NCBI GenBank assembly: GCA_049968235.1
Contig: JBMFRC010000014.1
Location: 12,152-76,151 of the forward strand
DNA from: Candidatus Hydrogenedens sp.
Lineage (GTDB): Bacteria; Hydrogenedentota; Hydrogenedentia; Hydrogenedentales; Hydrogenedentaceae
Direction of reading: 5' to 3'
DNA: 64,000 nt
The notes under the pieces are model-generated. The model had not been told where the DNA came from. It ran no database searches and worked only from the letters and a program-made list of their open reading frames with translations. Made by a program: the position numbers and the translations under genes. This document shows positions 42,504 to 54,218 of this stretch, one piece after another (the first letter of the stretch is position 1; the number at the start of each line of letters is the position of its first letter).

Positions 42504-43727
42504 TTACTTTTCTTCAAAAAAACCCGCTTTATTTCGAACCCGTAATCGTAAAGCATTTAGCCGGATAAATCCTGTTGCATCGGCTTGATTATATGCTCCT
42601 GCATCTTCTTCAAATGTGCTAATCTGTGGGTCATACAAAGTCTTTTCTGCTTTTCTTCCGACAACAATGCAAGAGCCTTTATATAGTTTAAGTCGTGCTG
42701 TGCCTGTAACATTTTTTTGGCTTTCATCTACGAATTTGTTTAATGCTTCCATTTCGGGGGAGAACCAGAAACCGTTATAAATAAGTTGGGCTATCTTGGG
42801 AGATAGTTGGTCACGTAAGAGCATAACTTCACGGTCCATAGTTATGGATTCGACTGCTCGATGCGCTGAATACAAAAGTGTCCCGCCTGGTGTTTCATAA
42901 ACGCCTCTTGATTTCATACCTACGAACCGATTTTCGACCATATCTACTCGTCCTATACCATGTTTCCCGCCAAGTTTATTTAAATAAGCCAGCAAATCTT
43001 CAGGTTCCATCTCCTTCCCATTTACCGCTTTAGGATAACCCTGTACGAAATCAATTTCTACATATTCCGGGGTATCAGGTGCCCTGGTTGGGTCAGTAGT
43101 TAATACAAACATATCTTCGGGGGGTTCCATCCATGGGTCTTCTAAAATTCCACCTTCAAAAGAAATATGGAGTAAATTGCGATCTGAAGAATAAGGTTTA
43201 CTTTTGGAGACAGGAACGGGAATACCATGTTTTTCTGCGTAAGCAATCATTTTTTCTCTACTATTTAATGTCCAGCGTGGGTCACGCCATGGAGCAATTA
43301 TCTGGATTGTTGGTTCAAATGCCATACAGGTCAATTCAAAACGAACCTGGTCGTTTCCTTTTCCTGTGGCACCATGTGCAACAGCGTCTGCTTTCTTATT
43401 GCGGTATACCTCGATCTGGCCTTTGGCAATGATAGGACGGGCAATACTTGTACCTAACAAATAACATCCTTCGTAAATAGCATTGGCACGCATTGCTTTG
43501 AAAACGAAATCGCGGACAAATTCACGCTTTAGGTCTTTTACTACTGCATCTATCGCACCTGTTGCTAATGCTTTTTTTCGTGCTACTTCCAATTCTTCAC
43601 CTTGACCAATATCTGCGATATAAGCGATTACCTCTGCGTTGAATGTCTCGATGAGCCATTTTAAAATAACAGAAGTATCCAGCCCCCCTGAATATGCGAG
43701 GACAATTCGTTTTGGTTGTTTTTCCAT
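42504..43727 (-). CDS. argG: Argininosuccinate synthase
   Basis: [11 protein letters not shown]-loop and full-length ArgG similarity. Confidence 0.9.
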   Translation of the reverse strand: MEKQPKRIVLAYSGGLDTSVILKWLIETFNAEVIAYIADIGQGEELEVARKKALATGAIDAVVKDLKREFVRDFVFKAMRANAIYEGCYLLGTSIARPIIAKGQIEVYRNKKADAVAHGATGKGNDQVRFELTCMAFEPTIQIIAPWRDPRWTLNSREKMIAYAEKHGIPVPVSKSKPYSSDRNLLHISFEGGILEDPWMEPPEDMFVLTTDPTRAPDTPEYVEIDFVQGYPKAVNGKEMEPEDLLAYLNKLGGKHGIGRVDMVENRFVGMKSRGVYETPGGTLLYSAHRAVESITMDREVMLLRDQLSPKIAQLIYNGFWFSPEMEALNKFVDESQKNVTGTARLKLYKGSCIVVGRKAEKTLYDPQISTFEEDAGAYNQADATGFIRLNALRLRVRNKAGFFEEK

Positions 43728-43746
43728 GGAATCAACTCCTTTTTAT

Positions 43747-44664
43747 TTAATGGGGATTATATCCTAATAATGTGACCATAATTGCTTTCTGGACATGCAA
43801 ACGATTTTCCGCCTGGTCATAGACTAAAGATTGGGGACTATCAATAACCTCTGAAGTTACTTCCATTCCTCTGTGTGCGGGGAGACAGTGCATAAATTTT
43901 GCCCCCGGTTTGGCAAGAGACATAAGTTTTTCATTGACTTGATAAGGGGCAAAAATTTTAGAGCGTTTTTCCTGCTCATTTTCCTGACCCATGCTCGCCC
44001 AAACATCCGTATAGATAACATCGGCATCTTTGATACCTTTATGAACGTCATGAGTAATCATGAGCCTACTACCCGCTTTCTCTTTTATTTTATTTAAAAG
44101 ATGGACATCTCCTGAATATCCTTCCGGGCATACCAGACGCAGTTGTATTGGAAAATGGATTAAAGATTCTGCCCAGGAATGGAATACATTATTTCCATCG
44201 CCTACAAAAACAACCAATAAATTTTCTATCTTTTCCTTGAAATGTTCCTGCAAGGTCATAATATCCGCCATAATTTGACAGGGATGTAGTAAATCACTTA
44301 ATGCATTTATGACAGGGATACGGGCATTCTTTGCCAGACAGACTAAATCATCATGGCTGAAGGTTCTCGCCACAATTAAGTCTACCCAACGTGCTAAATT
44401 TCTGGCGACATCTGGCACAGACTCTCGTTCTCCCAATCGCATATCCATTACAATTGTCTCACCCCCTAAATGAAACATACCAATCTGGAAGGTAAGTTTT
44501 GTTCGCAAACTGGGCTTTTCAAAAATCATGGCTTGTGTTTTGCCCCGTAACCAGCGATGGGGAAGCCCTTTTTTCTGCAGAGTTTTTAGTTCATGGGAAA
44601 GATTTAATATTTTGTGAATCTCTTCTGTGGAGAAATCAAGAAAGGAAAGAAAGTCTTTTACCAT
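43747..44664 (-). CDS. argF: Ornithine carbamoyltransferase
   Basis: FEKPSLRTK carbamoyl-phosphate site, HCLP and DVWASMG motifs. Confidence 0.9.
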   Translation of the reverse strand: MVKDFLSFLDFSTEEIHKILNLSHELKTLQKKGLPHRWLRGKTQAMIFEKPSLRTKLTFQIGMFHLGGETIVMDMRLGERESVPDVARNLARWVDLIVARTFSHDDLVCLAKNARIPVINALSDLLHPCQIMADIMTLQEHFKEKIENLLVVFVGDGNNVFHSWAESLIHFPIQLRLVCPEGYSGDVHLLNKIKEKAGSRLMITHDVHKGIKDADVIYTDVWASMGQENEQEKRSKIFAPYQVNEKLMSLAKPGAKFMHCLPAHRGMEVTSEVIDSPQSLVYDQAENRLHVQKAIMVTLLGYNPH

Positions 44665-45851
44665 CCCAGCACTCCTAATGCTTTTTGTAAAGATTCTAAT
44701 GCTTTTGTTAATTCATCTTTTTCAATAATTAGTGGAGGCAGAAATCTCAAAACATTGGGTCCTGCAGAGCCACATATTATCCCTTGTGATAATAGTTGAC
44801 TTATAAGGGGGGACACAGGTTCATCAAATTCTACCCCCATCATCATTCCAAGTCCGCGAACCTCTATAATTTTACTGTGAGATTTTGCAAGTTCCTTAAG
44901 TCCGTTGATAAAGTAATTTCCCAATTCCTGTACCCTGTCCAGAAAACCGTGTTTTGTTAGTTCATTCATAACTGTTAAAGCCGTTGCTGTACTTAATGGA
45001 TTCCCTCCGAAAGTACATGCATGAGAGCCAGGACTAAATCCCTGGGCAACTTCTTCTGTACAGCCCATTGCCCCAATAGGTACTCCATTTGCCAAGCCTT
45101 TGGCTAAAGTAATTATGTCAGGTTCCACTCCATATCTATGGTGAGCAAATAAGTATCCTGTTCTACCTAAGCCTGTCTGAACTTCATCAAAAATAAGTAG
45201 AATATTGTGTTTATTGCAAATTTCACGGACTTCTTTTAAGTAATTAGGCGAAGGGACGCGAACACCTCCTTCCCCTTGAATTGGTTCTAATAATACTGCA
45301 CCTGTTTCTTCTGTAATGGCTTTTTCCAATGCGGAAGAGTCGTTGTAAGGAATATAACTGAAGCCTGACATCATAGGTTCAAAACCTTTGTGATATTTTG
45401 GTTGTCCTGTCGCCGTAATTGTAGCTAAGGTTCGACCATGAAAGGACTGTTCCGCTGTAATAATATGGGGTTTATACATGCCCTTAATTGTCCAGTAACG
45501 CCGTGCAATTTTAATCCCTGCTTCATTCGCTTCTGCTCCACCATTACAAAAAAACCATTTTTTAGCAAAACAGCAATCGCTTAACTTTTTTGCTAACAAA
45601 ACTTGAGGTTCTATGTTGTATAAATTAGATACATGCAACAATTTTTGTGCCTGTTCTATGATAGTTTGTGTAACCGAAGGAAAGCAATGTCCTAAATTAC
45701 AAACTGCAATCCCTGAAAACAAATCAATATATTCTTTCCCATCCGCATCCCATACATGGGTTCCTTTACCATATACTAAAGTAAGATTCCGCGAACCATA
45801 AGTATTTATAAGGTATTGGTCTGCTAATTTTTTTACTTCTTCATTGGTCAT
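44658..45851 (-). CDS. argD: Acetylornithine aminotransferase (class III PLP aminotransferase)
   Basis: Class III aminotransferase blocks, LIFDEVQTGLGRTG, and the PLP-lysine region TLAKGLANG. Confidence 0.85.
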   Translation of the reverse strand: MTNEEVKKLADQYLINTYGSRNLTLVYGKGTHVWDADGKEYIDLFSGIAVCNLGHCFPSVTQTIIEQAQKLLHVSNLYNIEPQVLLAKKLSDCCFAKKWFFCNGGAEANEAGIKIARRYWTIKGMYKPHIITAEQSFHGRTLATITATGQPKYHKGFEPMMSGFSYIPYNDSSALEKAITEETGAVLLEPIQGEGGVRVPSPNYLKEVREICNKHNILLIFDEVQTGLGRTGYLFAHHRYGVEPDIITLAKGLANGVPIGAMGCTEEVAQGFSPGSHACTFGGNPLSTATALTVMNELTKHGFLDRVQELGNYFINGLKELAKSHSKIIEVRGLGMMMGVEFDEPVSPLISQLLSQGIICGSAGPNVLRFLPPLIIEKDELTKALESLQKALGVLGW

Positions 45852-45909
45852 GGTTTTTCCTTTTAAAATAATTTAAAATATTAGAAAATGTAATTAAAGT
45901 ATTGTTTTA

Positions 45910-46212
45910 TTACGAAGTTTTTGATGCAGAAGTGGTTTCCTTATTACTTGTTTTAGTTTCTGTTGATGTTTTTCCATTTCCGTTACCAGAACTTGTGCTT
46001 TTACTGTGAGAACCGTTCCCATTGCTCCCTTTTTTCTTATAGTCCGTTTCGTAAAAACCACTTCCTTTAAAAATTATTCCCGAACCATTACCAATCAAAC
46101 GCTCACACTTCCCTTTACATTTTTCACATACGACTTTTGGTGTTGCTGTAATCGAATGAAAATAGTCAAAGCGATAACCACAAATTATGCATTCATAAGT
46201 ATAGGTCGGCAT
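45910..46212 (-). CDS. FmdB-family zinc-ribbon protein with G/S/N/T-rich tail
   Basis: MPTYTYECIICGYRFDYFHSI...CEKCKGKCERL (CxxC...CxxC). GGAGGA RBS 7 nt upstream of the ATG at 46212. Confidence 0.6.
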   Translation of the reverse strand: MPTYTYECIICGYRFDYFHSITATPKVVCEKCKGKCERLIGNGSGIIFKGSGFYETDYKKKGSNGNGSHSKSTSSGNGNGKTSTETKTSNKETTSASKTS

Positions 46213-46565
46213 AAACGACTCCTCCTTCAGTAAAAGAAAACCTCCTACATTATTCAAAACGAGAAATCAATAGGCAGGTAATACAAAAAATTGAAAATGA
46301 ATATTATTTAATGGAAACAATATCTCAATAATACTGCACATAATTTATCACTTTCTTTACTTCAGTGTCAAATGTGCATTTGAATTTGTTTTCTATGGGA
46401 ATAGACTGTTTTCTTAAAAATTTCTTACATTTATGTATTTTAAGAGTTGTAGGTAATACATTTATGTATATTGTATTATCCAGAATTTGAATTTTAATTA
46501 ATAAATAAGACATAAAAACGCATATTTGTTGGTAATTTTTATGCACATGACATTTCTATCAAACT

Positions 46566-46582
46566 TTGGCATTTATATTGCT
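46566..46582 (+). promoter_or_regulatory. Candidate sigma-54 (-24/-12) promoter for glnB-glnA
   Basis: tTGGCATttataTTGCT: GG and GC separated by exactly 10 nt as in TGGCAC-N5-TTGCW, about 100 bp upstream of glnB. Confidence 0.55.
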
Positions 46583-46680
46583 AAATAATAAAGTAATAAA
46601 CGAAAAATTTCTATTTGTTATAATATGGTTCATCTTTTATCTAAACTCTGAACTATAAATCAAACATAAGGCGTGGATAG

Positions 46681-47022
<342 letters not shown>

Positions 47023-47056
47023 AATAAATTAAAAAATTATACAAAGGAGAAATAAT

Positions 47057-48481
47057 ATGTATAAAGATTTAACCCCCAAAGATGTATTAAAGATGATTCG
47101 TGAAAAAAATATTGTGTTTGTTGACCTTCGTTTTATGGATTTTCCAGGTCTTCAGCAGCACTTTACCTTTCCTGTATCACAAATAGATGAAGATGTTTTT
47201 GAGTCAGGAATTGGTTTCGATGGCTCAAGTATTCGGGGTTGGCAAAGTATTCATGAAAGCGATATGCTTGTATTGCCCGACCCAAGAACCGCTTTTATTG
47301 ACCCATTTTCGAATATTCCTACTTTGGTGTTATATTGTAATATTTTGGACCCCATTACAAAGGAGCGTTATACACGAGACCCACGAAACATTGCACAAAA
47401 GGCGGAGAATTATCTGTTATCCACCGGTCTTGCAGATACATGTTATATAGGACCTGAGGCAGAATTTTTTATTTTTGATAATATTCGATATGACCAAACA
47501 CCGAACAGTGGATATTATTTTATTGATAGTGATGAAGGTATTTGGAATAGTGGCAGGGACGAGAAACCAAATTTAGGTTATAAACTTCGTTATAAAGAAG
47601 GGTATTTCCCAATACCTCCTTCGGATGCCACACACAATATCCGTAGCGAAATGGTCAAATTGATGTTAGATTGTGGAATTGAAGTGGAATGTCATCATCA
47701 TGAAGTGGCGACAGGAGGGCAGGCGGAAATTGATATGCGTTATGCTCCTTTGACACAAATGGCAGACCAATTGACACTTTATAAATACATTATAAAAAAT
47801 GTAGCCCATAAGAACGGAAAAACGGTAACATTTATGCCCAAACCTTTGTTTAGTGATAATGGTTCGGGTATGCATTGTCATATTTCATTATGGAAAGGTG
47901 GTAAACCTATTTTTGCAGGGAATAAATATGCCGGATTAAGTCAGGAAGCACTCTGGTTTATTGGCGGATTACTAAAACATGCTCATGCACTTGTTGCTCT
48001 TACCAATCCTACAACGAATAGTTATAAGCGACTGGTTCCCGGTTATGAAGCCCCTGTCAATATTGCTTACTCTGCACGCAATCGTAGTGCCTGCTGTCGT
48101 ATTCCCATGTATTCACCCAGTCCCAAAGCCAAACGGATTGAATTCCGTGTTCCGGACCCGTCATGTAATCCTTATATGGCATTTGCAGCTCTTTTAATGG
48201 CAGGTTTAGATGGTATTCAGAATAAGATTGACCCTGGTGAACCTATGGATAAAGATTTATATGACCTTCCTCCTGAAGAAAAGGCACTTATTCCACAAGT
48301 TCCCGGGAGTCTTGCGGAAGCTCTGAATGCATTGTCCAGAGACCATGACTTCCTTACCAAAGGAGATGTATTTACTGAAGATGTTCTTAAAACATGGATA
48401 GAATACAAACGTGTTCGTGAGGTTGAAGCAGTTAATTTGAGACCCCATCCTTATGAGTTTATGCTGTATTTTGATATTTAG
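47057..48481 (+). CDS. glnA: Glutamine synthetase type I
   Basis: GS-I blocks ([36 protein letters not shown], the adenylylation-region-like NLYDLP). Confidence 0.9.
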   Translation: MYKDLTPKDVLKMIREKNIVFVDLRFMDFPGLQQHFTFPVSQIDEDVFESGIGFDGSSIRGWQSIHESDMLVLPDPRTAFIDPFSNIPTLVLYCNILDPITKERYTRDPRNIAQKAENYLLSTGLADTCYIGPEAEFFIFDNIRYDQTPNSGYYFIDSDEGIWNSGRDEKPNLGYKLRYKEGYFPIPPSDATHNIRSEMVKLMLDCGIEVECHHHEVATGGQAEIDMRYAPLTQMADQLTLYKYIIKNVAHKNGKTVTFMPKPLFSDNGSGMHCHISLWKGGKPIFAGNKYAGLSQEALWFIGGLLKHAHALVALTNPTTNSYKRLVPGYEAPVNIAYSARNRSACCRIPMYSPSPKAKRIEFRVPDPSCNPYMAFAALLMAGLDGIQNKIDPGEPMDKDLYDLPPEEKALIPQVPGSLAEALNALSRDHDFLTKGDVFTEDVLKTWIEYKRVREVEAVNLRPHPYEFMLYFDI

Positions 48482-48536
48482 AGTGTATATTTAAGTATTT
48501 CCTGAGATATGCTTCTTATGTAATAAGTTCGTTGAT

Positions 48537-48580
48537 AAGGCACAGGGAAAGATAAAATCTTTTGCTGTGCCTTTTTATTC
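48537..48580 (+). terminator. Rho-independent terminator after glnA
   Basis: AAGGCACAG...CTGTGCCTT stem followed by TTTTATT. Confidence 0.7.
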
Positions 48581-48658
48581 TGGATAATTTTTAATGGTTA
48601 TATGTGATTCCACCGTATTGTATTTTTGTTTATCCCTTTTATTATTTTTCCCTGTGTT

Positions 48659-51600
48659 TTATACGCCTTCATCATGGAGTTTTTCTAAGTAAGTTATTAA
48701 AAGGTTCAAATATTTTTCGGGATTATTTCCTACGGGACATTCTAAATAAGGGTATTCTTCTAATCCTGCATCTATATCCTTGCCAAAAATCTCAAATGCA
48801 TATTTTTTTCGTAAAGGAGAAACAGGATGATAGGTATCAAATTGGATATATAAAATATTTTTATTCAAAATTAATTTTTTTACTCCTAAATCTACAGCCA
48901 GTATGCGTGATCTCATAATTTTTACCAGGTTTTCAACGGTCGTAGGTATGGGTCCATATCTGTCTTTGAGTTCTTCTATTAACTCTTCACATTCTTCGGG
49001 TGTCTGAACAGCAGAAATTCGTTGGTACCATTGCATTTTTTCAAGGGAGTTATAAATGTAATCATCCAGTATGCGTGCCGAAATATTGGTCTCAAACGGA
49101 GGCAATTTTTTACGAATAAGAGGTTGCCCTTTCATTTCCGCAATGGCTTCCTCAATTAGTTCGCGATAGGTATCAAAACCGACTGCGTTTATATGTCCAC
49201 TCTGTTCGGGTCCTAATAAATCTCCCGCACCTCGTATCTCTAAATCCTTTAAAGCGACCTGTAAGCCGGAACCTAATGTGGAGAAATCCTGAATGGCTTT
49301 TAATCGTTCCTGAGCATCTTTAGTGAGAGATTTATCGGAGGGTATTAACAAATATGCAAAGGCACGGTGTTTGTATCTTCCGACCCTACCCCGGATTTGA
49401 TAAAGTTCGCTCAATCCGAAAAGGTCTGCACGGTCTACAATAATTGTGTTTACATTGGGAATATCTATACCGGATGCGATAATGGTAGTACACACCAGCA
49501 CATCAATCTCTCGATTAATAAAAGCGGTCATCACTTTTTCCAGTTCATTTTTAGACATCTGTCCATGGCCAATACCTATTCGTGCTCCTGGAACCAATTG
49601 TTGAATTTTCATCGCGGTATATTCAATGGTCTGCACACGATTATGTAAATAATATACCTGTCCTTCTCGTCGTAATTCTCTTTCAATGGCTTCTTTAATA
49701 ATTTCTGGAGAATAATTTGCGATGCAGGTATGGATGGGTAAACGGTCATTCGGCGCTGTGTTAATAACGCTCATATCGCGAATACCTGATAAGCAAAATT
49801 GTAAGGTTCGGGGTATTGGTGTTGCGGTTAAAGTAAGTGTATCCACATGTTCTCGAAGTTTCTTCAATTGTTCTTTATGTCTCACACCAAATCGTTGCTC
49901 TTCATCAATTATAAGCAATCCCAAGTCTTTAAATTGGACATCTTTTGACAGTAAACGGTGTGTACCGATAACAATATCTACTTCCCCAGTAAGTAATCCT
50001 TCCAGAACTTGTTTTATATCTTTTGTTGCGCGTAATCGACTTAATGATTCAATACGAATAGGAAACCCTGCCATACGTTCCTGAAAAGTATGCCAATGCT
50101 GATGAACAAGTACTGTGGTAGGAGCCAGCACTGCAACTTGTTTGCCATCCATGACTGCCTTAAAACTTGCTCTTATGGCAACTTCGGTTTTTCCAAAGCC
50201 GACATCACCACAAATCAAGCGGTCCATAGGTTGGGGAGTTTCCATATCCCGTTTTGTTTCTTCAATGGCACGATATTGGTCAGGTGTCTCATCATAATCA
50301 AAGGCTTCTTCCATCTGCCTTTGCCAAGGTGTATCTGGTGAAAATGCAAAACCCTTTGAATGATGCCGTTTGGCATATAATTTGAGTAATTCTTCTGCAA
50401 ATTGTTTAACGGATTCCCTTACTTTATCTTTCGTCTTGCTCCATGTTCTTCCACCAATTTTATCAAGGTTAGGAGTAACATCTTCCCCTGCTATGTATTT
50501 TCGTATCTGGTCTATTTGTGTAACAGGAATATACAGCATATCTCCATCCCGATACACTACAGCAAGGTAATCACTGGATTTATTTTCCAAACGATGAAGC
50601 CCTGTAAATTTACCTATCCCATGAATTTCATGAACAACATAATCGCCCGGTTTTAAATCACTTAACGAGTAAAGGCGAGTCCCTTTGCGGAAAAACCTTC
50701 CTCTCCGTCGAACAAATTTCCTTCCAAACAGTTCCTTCTCACTTAATAGGACAAATTTCTCTTCAGGATAAATAAAACCTGAACGAATCCTACCTAATTC
50801 GATTTTCAAGTCAAAGGGGTCTTTATCAAGCCGATACCCCTGTTCTGAGATTAATTCATACATGCGCAATTGTTCGGAAGGAGTATTACAAAGAATTCGC
50901 ACATGGTATTGCCCAATGTCCCATTGTTTTAATTGTTCCCAGAATTCATTCAAATTTTTTGTCCAGATTTGAATAGAATTCATAGGGATAACAAGACGGG
51001 GTACAGATCGTTCCGGCAGTGATAGGGACGCTATTTCTATATTTTTGAATTTACTGAATTTACCTGCAATCTCATCCTGTGTAAAAGTATATGGGGTTTC
51101 TCCAAATTCAGATTCAATTTTCTGCATCTCTTCGAATATATTCAATGGTTCTTCCCATACTATCAATGTATCTTTCGATAAATAATCCAATAAACAAATT
51201 TTTTGAGATAAGGAATTATTTTTAATGAGAAGGTCTTTTTCTGTTTTTAGGACGATATCCACATATTCCAGAGGGGCAATACTTTTTTGAGTTTCCGGGT
51301 CAAATTCTCGTATAGATTCGATAATGTCAGCGAAAAATTCCATGCGAACGGGTAATTCTCGGGCATAGGGGAAAATATCTAATATACCTCCTCTACGGCT
51401 AAATTCGCCGTGTTGAGATACACTGGCTTCACGTTGATAACCCGAATTAATAAGTAAAGTAGTTAATTTTTCAAGGTCATATTCTTGTTCTTTATTTAAA
51501 TGTAATCGTTGTTCTTCCAGGGCTTTTGGTGAGGGGACTACCTGTAATAATGATCGTATGGAGGTAACGATGATTTTTGGATATTGTTTACCAGCAACAA

Positions 51601-51916
51601 TTCGAGTTAACAAATGAAGTCGTTCAGAAACAATATCCTCTGCAGGGTCAATAAAATCTGTAGGTAATGTTTCCCATGGGGGGAAAAATGCACAATTTTC
51701 CTCTGAAGCAAATGTTATAAAATCTTCATATATTTCCTCTGCACTATGATTATCCGAAGCAATTACTAAGATAGGTGTTTTCAGTTCCGAATGGATAGTA
51801 TAAGAGATAACACTTTTCCCCGTTCCCCATGGTCCGGCAATTTGCACCCATGAAGATTTTTCTATCTTTTCAATAATCTGGCTTATAATTTTAAATCTTA
51901 GTAGTGATACACTCAT
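48659..51916 (-). CDS. mfd: Transcription-repair coupling factor
   Basis: 1085 aa with UvrB-homology N-terminus, RNAP-interaction domain, superfamily 2 helicase motifs (GDVGFGKTEVA, DEEQRFG) and TRG motif. Confidence 0.9.
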   Translation of the reverse strand: MSVSLLRFKIISQIIEKIEKSSWVQIAGPWGTGKSVISYTIHSELKTPILVIASDNHSAEEIYEDFITFASEENCAFFPPWETLPTDFIDPAEDIVSERLHLLTRIVAGKQYPKIIVTSIRSLLQVVPSPKALEEQRLHLNKEQEYDLEKLTTLLINSGYQREASVSQHGEFSRRGGILDIFPYARELPVRMEFFADIIESIREFDPETQKSIAPLEYVDIVLKTEKDLLIKNNSLSQKICLLDYLSKDTLIVWEEPLNIFEEMQKIESEFGETPYTFTQDEIAGKFSKFKNIEIASLSLPERSVPRLVIPMNSIQIWTKNLNEFWEQLKQWDIGQYHVRILCNTPSEQLRMYELISEQGYRLDKDPFDLKIELGRIRSGFIYPEEKFVLLSEKELFGRKFVRRRGRFFRKGTRLYSLSDLKPGDYVVHEIHGIGKFTGLHRLENKSSDYLAVVYRDGDMLYIPVTQIDQIRKYIAGEDVTPNLDKIGGRTWSKTKDKVRESVKQFAEELLKLYAKRHHSKGFAFSPDTPWQRQMEEAFDYDETPDQYRAIEETKRDMETPQPMDRLICGDVGFGKTEVAIRASFKAVMDGKQVAVLAPTTVLVHQHWHTFQERMAGFPIRIESLSRLRATKDIKQVLEGLLTGEVDIVIGTHRLLSKDVQFKDLGLLIIDEEQRFGVRHKEQLKKLREHVDTLTLTATPIPRTLQFCLSGIRDMSVINTAPNDRLPIHTCIANYSPEIIKEAIERELRREGQVYYLHNRVQTIEYTAMKIQQLVPGARIGIGHGQMSKNELEKVMTAFINREIDVLVCTTIIASGIDIPNVNTIIVDRADLFGLSELYQIRGRVGRYKHRAFAYLLIPSDKSLTKDAQERLKAIQDFSTLGSGLQVALKDLEIRGAGDLLGPEQSGHINAVGFDTYRELIEEAIAEMKGQPLIRKKLPPFETNISARILDDYIYNSLEKMQWYQRISAVQTPEECEELIEELKDRYGPIPTTVENLVKIMRSRILAVDLGVKKLILNKNILYIQFDTYHPVSPLRKKYAFEIFGKDIDAGLEEYPYLECPVGNNPEKYLNLLITYLEKLHDEGV

Positions 51917-52076
51917 ATAAAATGAATATTATTATATCCCATGTTTTAAGATAATCAGGATATAGAATATAAAAATAATAAATTGTAATTGGAAAAATTA
52001 AGATTAAAGAAGATAACTGAATGATATTTTATAAGTATTGTATTGGTGTTATTTTTAATGTTTAGTTTTATCAAAA

Positions 52077-53345
52077 TCAACGCACAATTAATGCTTCGCG
52101 TTCAGGTCCTACAGAAATATATTTAATTGGACATGACACACGTTTTTCTATTTCCAGAACATAATTCTGTGCATTTGTAGGTAAGTCTTCAAACCGACGC
52201 ACTTTGGTAATATCATCATTCCACCCCGGAAGTTCAATGTACACGGGTTCTGATTTTTCAAGTATAGGATTGATTGGAAAATTATCGAATGTCTTGTCTT
52301 CAAATTTGTAATGAGTGCAAATCTTTAATATTTTTCTACCTGTAAGACTATCTAATTTGGTTAAGGCTATTTCTGTAGCACCCTGTACTTTTACACCGTA
52401 TTTTGTTGCTACAGCATCAAAATGACCGATTGTACGAGGTCTACCCGTTGCTGCTCCATATTCCTTAGCAATTTCTCGTAACTGGTCTGCTTCTTTTTTT
52501 TCCATTAGTGTTACAAAAGGACCTTCTCCAACACAGGTTGAAAAAGCCTTGACAACCGCAATGACTCTATCCGGTGGGTAGCCAAAAAGTCCTCCACCGA
52601 TAGGGGCAAAAGCAGATAATGTGCAGGAGGAGGTTGTGTAAGGATAAATTCCGAAATATAGGTCCCTCAGTGTTCCTAACTGTGCTTCAAAAAGTATCTT
52701 TTTGCCTTCCTTGACTGCTTGTTCCAGAATCTCATTTGTATCTTTAATATAAGGTAGTAATGGTTGACTCCATTTTTGTGTCCATTCCCAGATTTCTTCA
52801 AAGGTAAAAGGATTTTCTTTCCCATATACTCCTCGGGCTATTTGTAACTTCCAGTCTACAATTTGTTTCAATCTCTTTTCCAGATATTCCGGATAGAAAA
52901 GGTCACCCATTAAAATGGCTTTTTTGATGGTTCGGTCCCCATAAACCGGGGCAATTCCTCTTCGTGTGGAGCCATAGGCGTTTTTACCCAATCGTTCTTC
53001 TTCCCATATATCTTCATAACGGTGATAAGGGAAGCAAATTACTGCTCGTTCTGAAATGTATATTTGAGGTTCTATACCTTTATCTTTAAAACCTTGTATT
53101 TCTTCTACAAGGCTTTTAAGGTCAATGACCATTCCGGGCCCTAATATATTGATTGTCTTTTTACTAAAAACGCCGGATGGAATAAGATGCAGTTTGAATT
53201 CGCCAAATTCATTAATAACTGTATGTCCTGCATTATTGCCCCCCTGATAACGGATAACAAAATCTGCATCCTGTGCAAAATAATCTACCATGCGACCTTT
53301 TCCTTCGTCGCCCCAATTGGCTCCCACAATAACTTCAATACTCAT
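52077..53345 (-). CDS. purA: Adenylosuccinate synthetase
   Basis: GANWGDEGKGRMVD P-loop, GGNNAGHT and full-length PurA similarity. Confidence 0.9.
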   Translation of the reverse strand: MSIEVIVGANWGDEGKGRMVDYFAQDADFVIRYQGGNNAGHTVINEFGEFKLHLIPSGVFSKKTINILGPGMVIDLKSLVEEIQGFKDKGIEPQIYISERAVICFPYHRYEDIWEEERLGKNAYGSTRRGIAPVYGDRTIKKAILMGDLFYPEYLEKRLKQIVDWKLQIARGVYGKENPFTFEEIWEWTQKWSQPLLPYIKDTNEILEQAVKEGKKILFEAQLGTLRDLYFGIYPYTTSSCTLSAFAPIGGGLFGYPPDRVIAVVKAFSTCVGEGPFVTLMEKKEADQLREIAKEYGAATGRPRTIGHFDAVATKYGVKVQGATEIALTKLDSLTGRKILKICTHYKFEDKTFDNFPINPILEKSEPVYIELPGWNDDITKVRRFEDLPTNAQNYVLEIEKRVSCPIKYISVGPEREALIVR

Positions 53346-53379
53346 TTACCATACCCTTTATATAAGTATTCAATTTTCA

Positions 53380-53411
53380 CAAAAAAACGGGTCGAAATCA
53401 AACTCGACCCG
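53380..53411 (-). terminator. Rho-independent terminator after rpsD (minus strand)
   Basis: CGGGTCGA-aatcaaac-TCGACCCG hairpin. On the minus strand it is followed by a T7 run. Confidence 0.75.
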
Positions 53412-53438
53412 TTCACCTTATTCAATTATACAAAAAAA

Positions 53439-54047
53439 CTATCTTGAGTAGAACCCGATGACTCCCGGAGTATCTTCAAGGAAGGGAAGATTTTCTTCTG
53501 CCGGGACAGAAACAACATGCCCTTCAAATGATTTTGTCTCGCGGGAAAGATGCGGAGGAATCTCCTGATATGGGTTTTCTGCTCCTTCCGCTATCATCGG
53601 AATAGTTCTGCTCTTCTCACGGACTGTAATTTTCATTCCCGGTTTAACTGTAAAGGATGGAATGTTTACTTTCTTACCATCTACCAGGAAATGACAATGA
53701 GTTACGAGTTGGCGTGCTGAAGAGATGGTTGGTGCGAAACCTAAACGGTAAACCACCGTATCAAGCCTGCATTCCAAAAGTCTTATCAAATTTACACCTG
53801 TATCACCCGTAATACGCTTGGCTTCCTGGAAGGTTTTCCACATTTGCCGTTCCATTAAACCGTAGTGCATACGAATTTTTTGTTTTGCTAACAATTGCCG
53901 GGCATAAACGGATAACTTTCCTTTCGGGTCTCTTCCATGTTGTCCCGGTCTGAATGGACGTTTTTTGGATGGGCATTTCGGGCTTCCCCATATACAGGAA
54001 CCCAAACGCCGACATAACTTGTGTTTTGGACCTAAGTATCTTGCCAT
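53439..54047 (-). CDS. rpsD: 30S ribosomal protein S4
   Basis: MARYLGPKHKLCRRLG...; S4 N-terminal and S4-domain blocks. Confidence 0.9.
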   Translation of the reverse strand: MARYLGPKHKLCRRLGSCIWGSPKCPSKKRPFRPGQHGRDPKGKLSVYARQLLAKQKIRMHYGLMERQMWKTFQEAKRITGDTGVNLIRLLECRLDTVVYRLGFAPTISSARQLVTHCHFLVDGKKVNIPSFTVKPGMKITVREKSRTIPMIAEGAENPYQEIPPHLSRETKSFEGHVVSVPAEENLPFLEDTPGVIGFYSR

Positions 54048-54218
54048 AGGTTGTGTTTGTTCCTTACTTTAATTTAATTTTTTCTTGCACAAAACGAGAC
54101 ACACGCTCTCTTTTACAGCCGCGGAAAAGATAGAGGTGTAAATAATAATCTTTTTTGAGGTGACATATTATATGATTTTTAAAAAAGTAAAAACAAATTA
54201 AAAGTGTTGTTGCTTTTC

